64,000 nucleotides of DNA from Paraspadella gotoi. Lineage: Eukaryota > Animalia > Chaetognatha. Position 1 is the stretch's first letter, and the number at the start of each line of letters is the position of its first letter. Below, one piece after another: positions 52,971 to 64,000 of this stretch. The translations under genes were made by a program, and so were the position numbers. The stretch lies in assembly GCA_051294375.1 (NCBI GenBank), contig CM119263.1, positions 26,436,558-26,500,557 on the forward strand, given 5' to 3'. A model generated the notes under the pieces. The model was given only the letters and a program-made list of their open reading frames with translations, was not told the origin of the DNA and did no database searches.

Positions 52971-54034
52971 GAAACAAGGAAACAAAACGACAACCGTAGA
53001 AATTGAAAAGGAAACAAAGGAAATAAAAAATGAAAATAAAATGAATTATTACACTTATATTGAAAAATAAATACAATTTAAAAACTTCAATCGAGAGATA
53101 CATATATATATGTATATATGTACCGTACTTCTGACTGCATCGGAACAATATACTAATATTCCTGTTACTACATCAGTGAACTGAAAGAAAAAAAGCTAGG
53201 ACTAAAAGTCACTTGGAACATTATCTCCTCCCCCACCCCTCTCCACCCCCTTCACTCCCTCCCTCACAACAAACAGAATGGGACATTTCTTCCTCACATT
53301 TCCCCCTACACCAAAACAAAGGGTACAATTTTCCCCCCAAACAAAGGAACACGCCGCCGGCCGACGGCAAACGTCCCTAACGCGTCTTCAAACGACGCAT
53401 AAGTTAACGTCTCCCTCGCGGCGGCGACTGCGGCGGCGACTGCTGCGGCGGCGGCGGAAGCGACGTTCTTATTTAAAACGAGGAAAACCGAATTAGGCGG
53501 CGCCGCGTAATGAGAGAGCCTTCGCCCCGAAAGACCGATTGAGGACGAAGAGCGGATTCGTTGTCGTTGTTGTCGTCGTTGTCGTTGTCGTCTGTTACGC
53601 TGAGTCAACCGCAACGAGACTCTGACTTCGCCGGCCGTTGGCGTCGTTTGCCCTAGCGTTTGGATGATGGCAGATGGAGGATGGCACCGAGACGGCAATG
53701 GAAATGTCGATGGCGCGATTACGACAATGGCGGAGAGTCAGAGACGATTGCTCAATGACCGGAACGCCCATAAACATTGGGGCAGTTACCGGGAGTTCTT
53801 TTATATGAATAATGTTAAAGATAAAAGATTAAAGCATTACTCAATTCGAAACTCTTAAAAAATGCTTTAGTAACCTCATTAATAACAATGACAACAACGA
53901 CGACGTCTTCGATGACAACGTTAACTGACAAGCTTACTTCATCTCTTTATCGATTCTATTTCAACAGTTTTTTAGTTCTTTTTTAGTTCGTTATTTTTTT
54001 CTCTCATTTTGTTTTATTTTTCTATGAAAAAAAA

Positions 54035-55656
54035 ATGGCAATTGACCATTTCGTCGCCATGGTCGTCGTCATCTCCGTCGTCATCCCTTCTGGATCATCT
54101 AAGCAAAATCAGATGGAATATAGTCAACGTATGCTCGACGCTCACAACGAACACAGAGCCAACGTGTGGCCTTGTCCGACATTGGTCAAGATGCCCAACG
54201 TGAGAAGGTCATCGAATGTTTTTCCTTCTCTTCGCTGCCATTCACAATTTCCCCTCGAATTTCTTGTCAGTTGACTTGGAGCATTCAACTGGAGAGGGCG
54301 GCCAAACAGTGGGCTGCCAAGTGTAATGGAGTTCACACGATCGGGCGTTGGATAAATGAACTGACGGGCATCGGTGAGTCAATCAAAAGATTATCTGAGC
54401 CTCATTCGCTTCTCACCTCACTGCACTTTCTCTCACTCTCGCAGAGGGTTCGTTTGGGGAGAACCTCTTCACTTGGACAAGGGGTTTGTACAAACCTCAT
54501 GAGGCCGTCTCTGGTTGGTTCTCTGAATTCAGATTTTACGACTACTGCAACGGCAAGTGCTCTCCTGGCCGCGAGTGCCGACATTACACGCAAGTGAACG
54601 CAATATTCGGCTGTTTGCCATTTTATTTGTTTTTTTGTTTAGCATAGGTATCCATGGTATATCTTTTCTTTTCGTTGTTGTATAGAGATTTACAAAGAAT
54701 TTTTGAATTGTTAGAACGATTAATAATAATAAAATCGTTGTAACAATTCAAAAATTCTTTGTAAATTGTTTAGCATAAAAAATTAAGGTTTTTTTAAATA
54801 AATAGTATAATTGATTAACTGAGCTTAGCTTATTTAATAGCTAACTGAGCATCACTTGCATCACAAAAATTGTGAAAAATTCCCAACAGCTAACGCCTTT
54901 TTTTCGCGCGCAGGTCGTTTGGGAGAACACGACTATCGTTGGCTGCGCCATGGAGAGATGCAATCACGGGAGACTAAGGGGAAAGGATTACTCCGTCTGC
55001 TTTTATCACCCGAAAGGCAACATTGCTCAACCGAGGCATAGTTGGCTGTGTCAGCCACACCAATATACTAAGCGTTTATAGTGGGCGGAGGCCGGAGGGG
55101 GTTGAAAGTTTCCAGTGAGAATGGGAGGGAAGAGTTTTGAAAAAAAAGGATGTGAAGAAAACTTCAATTTAATGTCGAGTTTAAACCGTGAGGGAAAGTT
55201 GGAAAGAACTTTTGGTAGAAACATTTGTTGAGTTTGTATCGCAGTTATTGGAATTTAAAAAAACCCCTAAACGTATTAACGAAGGCGACATCTCCCGACC
55301 GTATCGCGTTTCGCCAGAGACACTTGACGCTTATTGCGGCGGGAAAATCAAACAAGACGAATCCGAATGTTTTCAGCCAAACAACGAGAAGATCGAAGCC
55401 GAGCAAGGTGGAGAGATGGATTTTAATATTTCTATTACAATTAAATTGTTATAGTTTTAAATGTAAATGTAAAGTTAAAATTTTAGAGAGACAAGTCTCG
55501 TATAATTTTAAATGAAAATGAAATGAAATGTTATGAAAAATATGAAAATATGAAAAATTCAGGGCAAGATAGATAATGGATAATTTTATAATTGGTTGTT
55601 CAATTTCAATAAGTTCAGTTCCTTGTATTTTAGATGCTGGGCGGAGTACAATATAG
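54035..55656 (+). CDS. Secreted CAP/SCP (CRISP/antigen 5/PR-1) family protein; exons 54035-54199, 54271-54373, 54445-54593, 54914-55040, 55285-55407; terminal exon uncertain (55634-55656, or from 56023, or read-through to 55454)
   Basis: Hydrophobic N-terminus MAIDHFVAMVVVISVVIPSGSS, then MLDAHNEHRANV, LTWSIQLERAAKQWAAKC, GENL, AVSGWFSE, CRHYTQVVWENTTIVGCA, VCFYHPKGNI and RPY. These are the CAP signature motifs in order, with phase-compatible GT-AG introns. Confidence 0.93.
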
Positions 55657-55930
55657 TATTCCCGATCTAATACTTAAGGAGTGGTCTTTTCATACAATTG
55701 AAACATTCTTTGAAACTTACAACCACTTCATTGATAGGGAAGCCATTTACTCTGAGAGTGAATAAACGAGACTGTGAGAGAGTCTTGATTAAAAGCTTGC
55801 AGGGACCTGCTATGTCATTATCTTGTAAGAGTGATGGAGGCCTTAAACACCAAAGCCTGTCCAAAGTCAGGGGCAAGATAGCTTATTTATTAAATGAATG
55901 GATAATTTTATATTGGTTGTACCAATTTCC
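55560..55930 (+). mobile_element. Dispersed repeat family (unclassified TE remnant), longest copy
   Basis: Shares gcaggg(a/t)cctgctat...gtgatggaggccttaaa...ggggcaagatagcttatt...gaatggataatt...atattggttgta with 3049-3175 (+), and in reverse complement with 25810-25995. Confidence 0.75.
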
Positions 55931-57454
55931 TATTAATTTTGATGAATGTAATCTTTAGAAGGAAAACCTGGCCATCTCCGACCATAAAGCCATCGATATT
56001 TTGCGACCCCTTCTTTTCGCAGGTAACGAAAAGAGAGATTTAGTTTATCGGATGACTGATGTTAAAAAAAATATACTTAGATTAATTTTTTTTTTATGAA
56101 ATATGACCATAAAACATTTAAATTTCATAATAGAGTTAATATTTTTTTGAATTATTTAAAGAAGTCGCAGATCATTTTGGAGCGTCCCTCTATATCTCAA
56201 TCTTGGGGTCTAAGCTGACAGAGGTGAAAGCTTAAAAGGGTTGACGATTTGGTTTGATTTAGAAACGATTGATTTGGCAGTTTTGAAGGAGCTGATGTAT
56301 AAATATAATGGATACGATTGATATGAATTTGTTACTTATTTTAGAAAAATAAGTTGCGTGAAAAACTCTTTTGACTTTAACCCTTTGTCATTTTAATTTT
56401 CCACTTGGAAATTATATTTTTTTTTCTTTAAATATTCCATCTTTCACTGCCTACATCTCCTTCTGCGTATTGCACTTTTGTTTTCTCTTCTCATTCGTCC
56501 GTTTCGAGTCGAACTTTTAAGAGACGAAGTATCGAAGATCGAGTTATGCGAATGTCGCAAAAAAGATGCCGCTAAGTAGATGCCGCAGTGAAAAATGTCT
56601 CAATCGGTTTTCTACATAATAAAACAATCAAATATATTATTAAGAGCTTAATTTTTTTGAATAAGCAAACACAGTAAGTATTAGAATCTCCACAATGATG
56701 ACGATAGAAAAAATCTCTCTCTCTCTCTCNNNNNNNNNNNNNNNNNNNNNNNNNNNNNNNNNNNNNNNNNNNNNNNNNNNNNNNNNNNNNNNNNNNNNNN
56801 NNNNNNNNNNNNNNNNNNNNNNNNNNNNNNNNNNNNNNNNNNNNNNNNNNNNNNNNNNNNNNNNNNNNNNNNNNNNNNNNNNNNNNNNNNNNNNNNNNNN
56901 NNNNNNNNNNNNNNNNNNNNNNNNNCGATGACGACAACAACGACGACGACGACGACGACGACGACTTCATTTGAAAGGCTAATTAAAATCAAAGCGGACA
57001 ACCGACGACGTCGCAGTTCAAAGTCGAGAGAAGAGGAAGAAGACGAGTCGAGGAAAATCGCCAAGCATTGCGTTTTGACGGAACCCATTGTCGGCGCCAT
57101 TGTTAGCGATGTGAAGATGACAGAGGAAATGACAGGGGAACAAAGAGAATGACAGGGGGACTGACGTCTTACGGAAGCGCGCTGAATAAATGTATCCCCT
57201 TGCAAATTATTGCGTTTCGTTATTGTTGTTGCTAATATAATATTCAAATGGTTAAGAATCATTCCATTTAAAAGCAACAACGTCTCCGCCATTTTCGCGC
57301 CAATATATTTGGCGCAACTGCCGCGGCGTCAATCAACGACGCGCCAACGTCAGTGCCATTCGTTTGACGCCATCAACCATCAGCGACTTGAAGAGAAAAG
57401 GAAATTCGAAATTGTTTTCGGTCTTCCTCCGTTTTAACGCTTTTTTAAGAAGGA

Positions 57455-57523
57455 GAAGAAGAAGAAGAAGAAGAAGAAGAAGAAGAAGAAGAAGAAGAAG
57501 AAGAAGAAGAAGAAGAAGAAGAA
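57455..57523 (+). repeat. (AAG)n microsatellite
   Basis: Seen directly. Confidence 0.97.
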
Positions 57524-60500
57524 GGAGAAAGAAACAATGAAAACGAAAAGAGAAAAGAAGATGAAGCAGAAGATAGAGAGAGGATATGACAAAGAATAAG
57601 ATGGTGGCGAATACAAGATTTTGACAAAGACTACGAAGCAGACGAAACGAAAAAAAAAATGTGTTAGAAGAACAAAAGCCAATACTACTTACTAATACAA
57701 CGACGACGACGATGACGACGACTACGAAGACGCAACGACGACAGCAACGCCTACAATGACGCCGACGACCGAAACGACAGCGGCCCAATTATCGTTGGCG
57801 GTCGGAGGGGAAAAAAAGGAAAAGGGAATAGAAAAGGAAAAAAAAAAGAAAGGAAAAAAAAGGAAAAGGAGGAAATTGGGACTCAAAGGACCGAAGTCGA
57901 AAAGAGAAAAGAAAAAAAAGGAATCGTTGATCTTTTGTTTTAGGGCAGACAGAATGACGGTCGGACGGTTGAAGAGAGAAGAGGCGTAAATTTAAAAAAA
58001 TGAAAACAATAGAAAAATATATGAGGAGAATGAAGTATGCGATATTTACATTTCATTGCAAAGCGACTCGAAGCTACTTTGCTAAGATTGTTATAATGAC
58101 TAAATTTACTACTTATGGATTGATAATATACNNNNNNNNNNCATTGCGCCACTCCGTCATTCAAAACTACGCCACGGTTTCGGCTATAGCGTCGGACAAC
58201 TTTTACTTTAGTAACAANNNNNNNNNNNNNNNNNNNNNNNNNNNNNNNNNNNNNNNNNNNNNNNNNNNNNNNNNNNNNNNNNNNNNNNNNNNNNNNNNNN
58301 NNNNNNNNNNNNNNNNNNNNNNNNNNNNNNNNNNNNNNNNNNNNNNNNNNNNNNNNNNNNNNNNNNNNNNNNNNNNNNNNNNNNNNNNNNNNNNNNNNNN
58401 NNNNNNNNNNNNNNNNNNNNNNNNNNNNNNNNNNNNNNNNNNNNNNNNNNNNNNNNNNNNNNNNNNNNNNNNNNNNNNNNNNNNNNNNNNNNNNNNNNNN
58501 CGGGAGCACTGTCGTTGCCCTCAACGAGACCATCATCCTCTCGGGAGGGACGAGAGAAGGAATCGTTAATGGAGTGATGCTCCTTAATGTCGGGATTGTC
58601 AATGGAGACCACCATCCTTTTTTACATCTTTTTTTTTTTACAATCTTCATTTCCACCATTTTTCTTCTTTTCATCTAAATTCTTTTTCTCATTCTTTTCT
58701 CATTTATATTTCTCTATATTTTCTCTCATTTAATTTCTCGCTCGGACAAACTCCGCTTTTTTTACTCGGTCCGCTTGTGACTTTCGGCGTTGGCGACTTT
58801 CTAATCGCGAGTATCTCATTAAAAATCAAGATTTTATTTCATTTTTTGTCATTTATCACTTCATGAATATTAGACAAGTTTCGGTAGGTTAGGATCATTG
58901 TTTGTCCAAACTAGGTTCAACTCGTGGTGAAAACGAGTCGAAATTGTTTTTTTTTTCCGAGACTTCCTCTCTCTTTCCTCATCCTTTCTTTTTTCCTTCC
59001 CTTCTCTTCCCTTCTCTTTTCTTCCATTCCCTTTACTTTTCTTTCTTTCCTTTCTTTTCCCTTTCCCTTCCATTCCCTTCTTTTATCTTTTCTTCTCTTC
59101 CCTNNNNNNNNNNNNNNNNNNNNNNNNNNNNNNNNNNNNNNNNNNNNNNNNNNNNNNNNNNNNNNNNNNNNNNNNNNNNNNNNNNNNNNNNNNNNNNNNN
59201 NNNNNNNNNNNNNNNNNNNNNNNNNNNNNNNNNNNNNNNNNNNNNNNNNNNNNNNNNNNNNNNNNNNNNNNNNNNNNNNNNNNNNNNNNNNNNNNNNNNN
59301 NNNNNNNNNNNNNNNNNNNNNNNNNNNNNNNNNNNNNNCCTTTCCCTTCCTTTCCTTTCCCCTTCCTTCCCTTTACTTCTTTTTCCTTCCCTTCCCATTC
59401 CCTTTCCCTACCAAATTCCCTCCTTCCAGTAAGATCTTTGACTTACCCTCGCTTTTCCGGGGCAAAATTGCCAACTGAAGCATCTTTTTATGGCCACTTT
59501 TCGTCGAGGTTTCCTTTATGATCCATGGATTCTATGATCCCGTCCGGCTCACTCCAATTCTCTCCATAAAATCTATTCAGAATCTCGAAAAAGGAGGAGA
59601 TCTAGATATATATTTCATTTGGTTGTAGTAGTAGGATTTCATAATCATACTCGAATGTAAGTTCATACTTTTAAAAAGATGTGGAAGAAACCGTTAGTCA
59701 GTTTTTTTTAATCTAAAGTGATTGTTTTCTATTTAAATTTCAAGCAAATAAGATTGACCCTCTATCACCATAACAATTCATCTAAGCTTCAAGAGGTTTT
59801 CCCTTGCCGGTGAAATGATTGAATCAAATTAATTTGTGTGAAAGAACTCATAGTCATTTATTTCGATCAAGTAAAAAAAAGTGAGCGATTGATGGATTAA
59901 TCAATTGTTCTTTTTTTCTCCTTTTCCCCCTTTTCATCTCACGCAACGAAATCGACTCTTAAATTCAGGTAAGTCATCTAATCTNNNNNNNNNNNNNNNN
60001 NNNNNNNNNNNNNNNNNNNNNNNNNNNNNNNNNNNNNNNNNNNNACATTGTGTTTTCCACAAATCAGAACGCCCTCTCTGTCGGCCCAAGACTACGACGA
60101 GTGACGATTAGATGAGAATCAAACAAGTAATTCTCCAATCACCATGACGAATCCGACGCAAGATAAACATCGGTAGTCGCTTGGCAACGAGTTTGAAAAC
60201 GGAAAATGGGAAAAANNNNNNNNNNNNNNNNNNNNNNNNNNNNNNNNNNNNNNNNNNNNNNNNNNNNNNNNNNNNNNNNNNNNNNNNNNNNNNNNNNNNN
60301 NNNNNNNNNNNNNNNNNNNNNNNNNNNNNNNNNNNNNNNNNNNNNNNNNNNNNNNNNNNNNNNNNNNNNNNNNNNNNNNNNNNNNNNNNNNNNNNNNNNN
60401 NNNNNNNNNNNNNNNNNNNNNNNGCGTATTTTCTCACTATATACATATTTTCATTCCACACGCATTATACTATTTTTATACTATTATATTTACTGAACGA

Positions 60501-62124
60501 GAAAAACTCCAAGCATCTTGTTCATGGGGTCTAAGTCTTTTTTTTATCAGAGATACAGTTAAATACGCAAAATTTCCAATGCAAAACTGCCTATGGCAAT
60601 TGTGATAAAGTAAGATACAGTATATATACTTAGTTGAGGCTCTGAAAGGCATAATGAGTACCTGAATCTGCAAACAACCCCTCCGCAATTTTTTTTTTTT
60701 TTGTTGCTCCTCTCATAACCATCTTCGTTTCCATCGCCGTCGCTATAGCAACTGACAACGACGACAACAACAACAACTCCCCGAGACTGGAGCTTTTAAG
60801 GTTTCGCTCCAGTAACCGAGGTTTCCTCTAAAGGCGGAGGCGGAATCGCCAGTTTTGTGAAAACTCGTTCGACCGTGAACATTTTTTTTTTCTGGTCCGC
60901 GGTGTAACAATGTAAGAATCACGGCCGACAACGACGACGACGACGACGACGACGATGTCGAAGACGACGATGTCGACGACGACGATGTTGATGCTGATGT
61001 GAATTTTGGTCTCTGAGGATTATGCAGTCCCTTAGCTTTCGGTAGTAACGATGTTCTCTCTCTCTCTCTCTCTCTCTCTCTNNNNNNNNNNNNNNNNNNN
61101 NNNNNNNNNNNNNNNNNNNNNNNNNNNNNNNNNNNNNNNNNNNNNNNNNNNNNNNNNNNNNNNNNNNNNNNNNNNNNNNNNNNNNNNNNNNNNNNNNNNN
61201 NNNNNNNNNNNNNNNNNNNNNNNNNNNNNNNNNNNNNNNNNNNNNNNNNNNNNNNNNNNNNNNNNNNNNNNNNNNNNNNNNNNNNNNNNNNNNNNNNNNN
61301 NNNNNNNNNNNNNNNNATTTTCTTCCCTTTCTGCCACTTTTCTTCTATTTTTGCCACTTTTCTTTCGACCATTTTTTCCTCTTCTTTCTTTTCGAAAGAA
61401 AAATTGGGGGCGGATGGCTCGTATCTTTTGTGACAGTTAAGCATCGTAACAATGGNNNNNNNNNNNNNNNNNNNNNNNNNNNNNNNNNNNNNNNNNNNNN
61501 NNNNNNNNNNNNNNNNNNNNNNNNNNNNNNNNNNNNNNNNNNNNNNNNNNNNNNNNNNNNNNNNNNNNNNNNNNNNNNNNNNNNNNNNNNNNNNNNNNNN
61601 NNNNNNNNNNNNNNNNNNNNNNNNNNNNNNNNNNNNNNNNNNNNNNNNNNNNNNNNNNNNNNNNNNNNNNNNNAAAAAAAGTGAGTCTCTGATCTAATGT
61701 CTGTTCACCGATTCAAGAAAGAAACGTTGATTATTTTTTATTTTTTTTATTTTCAGTTTTCTGTAAAATTATTACTTTTTTCTCTAATTGTTTTCTCTCT
61801 TTCTTTGGTCCTTATTTTCTTTCTTTCCACTTGTTGCTTTACAAGTCAATTATATGTCGTTTCGTCGGCCATTTTTTCTTGTTTTTGTTCTTGTTTTTTG
61901 TCATAATTTGTGATTTGTGATTTTATATTTCCCAGGTTATCGTTTCCGCCACCCTCACTTCGCGTTAGTATTTCACAGATGCTCACATACCTCCACAATG
62001 ATTCGCCACAGTGCCTTTCGTCGTTTCCTTCTATCCGACTTATCACGTTTGATTTCACACTGTGGCCTTCACTCTATTTCCAAGAACTTTTCCTTTTCCC
62101 ACCGCGCGTTTTTTCGTTCATATT

Positions 62125-62194
<70 letters not shown>

Positions 62195-62473
62195 TTCCTC
62201 TTTCTTTCTCTCTCTCTCCTTCTCTCTTCTCTCTCTCTCCTTTCCCGCGTGTTTTTTTGGTGATCGACCCGGAAGGTGACTCCTATGCCCGACCGTCAAC
62301 AAACTCGCGGCAGAAAAGTTGACCCCAAAATAAATTCCGCTCACGTAAATTTTCCAAAGAGGAAAATTTCTGTTTTTTCTTTTTCTGAGGTCAGATTGAG
62401 GAGAGCGAAATCGGAATTGTGGAGAGGCACAATGAGAGAGAGGAGAGGAGAACGAGAGAAGAGAGGAGAGAGC

Positions 62474-62505
<32 letters not shown>

Positions 62506-63614
62506 GAGGTGTTGGTCTTAAATTTACATGAAAAGTAAAATTAAATTTTCATGGAATTTAAATTGAAATCTCGCATACAGGACTCAGGACAAAACAACCA
62601 AAGGAAGAGGGAAAAAAAAAAGTAATTACAAGATTTGAGTGACATTTGTGACTGATTCGTATTATTTTATAACAAAATACGATACCAAACAAAGTAATTT
62701 CAATGAAAAATCAAAAAGCGTGACAACCGAGAGCAGAGAGAGAGTAGAGAGAGAAGACGAGTAGAAGAGAGTGAAGAGTAGGATGACGAGAGAGAGAGAG
62801 AGAGAGAGAGTGTTGAGAAAGAGATCTGGTATTTGCCAAGTCGACAGGGTCGCTTACTCCGCCAGGCGGCCGACGCCTCCTCCGACGCAACGTCCGATCC
62901 AATCTCTCTCTTCCTCCTCTTCTTCCCCCTCTTCCTGAATCCACAACATCCGCTCACCCCTTCCCGACCCCTTCTTCCCTATAAGAATTTCTGGCGGACA
63001 AATAACGCATCAAGGAAGCACCCTTGGAAATTGGGGTCGAACGAGAGAGAAAGTGGAACAAAAGAGAGGTNNNNNNNNNNNNNNNNNNNNNNNNNNNNNN
63101 NNNNNNNNNNNNNNNNNNNNNNNNNNNNNNNNNNNNNNNNNNNNNNNNNNNNNNNNNNNNNNNNNNNNNNNNNNNNNNNNNNNNNNNNNNNNNNNNNNNN
63201 NNNNNNNNNNNNNNNNNNNNNNNNNNNNNNNNNNNNNNNNNNNNNNNNNNNNNNNNNNNNNNNNNNNNNNNNNNNNNNNNNNNNNNNNNNTTTTTTTTCT
63301 TTTAACTTTAGACTTTTGTTTTTCTTCATTCATTTTTGATGAAGACGAAAAACAAGACGAGGACGACGACAACGACGACGACGAAATCTTGTTACTCTCT
63401 CGTTTTTTTGTTTTTCTTTCTTGTTTATGTTGTTGTTTATCTTCGTTGTTCTTGTCTTTTCCTTCGTTGTCAGTGTCATTTAGTCTGGAATTGGAATTCG
63501 TTTTGTCATTCCTTAGTCATAGATTTCCATTTTGTCATTATTTTGACTTTTTTTTCTTTCGGTGTTGAATGATTATTGTGGACAGAAACTCTTCTGTGAT
63601 ATCTTATGAAATTT

Positions 63615-63895
63615 CGTCTTCTTCCTCCTCGATCTCTTCTCCTTCCTCGTCTTCCTCCTATCAATTTCCCTCATCTTCTTCCCTGTTGACCTCGTTTTCT
63701 ACCTCCTCGTCTTCTTCTCTTTCCTCGTCTTCTTCTTATCAATTTCCCTCATCTTCTTCCCCGTTGACCTCGTCTTCTTCCTCCCCCACCTCTTCTCCTT
63801 CCTCGTCTTCTTCCTATCAATTTCCCTCTTCTCCTTCCTCGTCTTCTTCTTATCAATCCCCCCTTCTTCTTCCCCGTTGACCTCGTCTTCTTCCT
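63615..63895 (+). repeat. Pyrimidine-rich degenerate minisatellite (tcctcgtcttcttcctatcaatttccctcatcttcttccccgttgacc)
   Basis: 3-4 imperfect copies seen directly. Confidence 0.8.
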
Positions 63896-64000
63896 CTGAG
63901 AGACTCGTCTTCCTCCTCGATTCCAAACTTGAAATTCTCATGAATTTTTTACTGAGAAGGAAAGCGACGATAACTGAGGGAGAGGGGGTGGGTTGGGGGG

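Overview
Draft-quality eukaryotic (most plausibly invertebrate animal) genomic DNA, very rich in microsatellites ((AG)n, (AAAG)n, (GAC)n), with many N gaps and indel-rich long-read fills. Most entries in the supplied ORF track are low-complexity noise. Manual exon stitching gives: (1) a divergent Sec1/Munc18 (unc-18/STXBP) gene with ~15 exons on + (19.5-32.5 kb); (2) a secreted CAP/SCP (PR-1/CRISP-family) gene on + (54.0-55.7 kb); (3) a probable divergent C-type-lectin-like gene on + (16.5-18.4 kb) that the ORF track fragments; (4) a ~7.2 kb direct tandem duplication (35.5-49.9 kb), likely at least partly an assembly artefact, containing a ~20-bp-phased array of five TCACGTGA E-boxes just upstream of a small signal-peptide ORF on -. 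Other signals: a Penelope-type minimal hammerhead-ribozyme remnant inside a Munc18 intron, a ~130-bp satellite with a hammerhead-like hairpin, nested complementary microsatellites bracketing a long intron, many RFX X-box motifs, relaxed splice-site consensus, and a dispersed repeat family. No prokaryotic features, rRNA, tRNA or CRISPR were seen. All calls come from reading by eye; no database searches were run.
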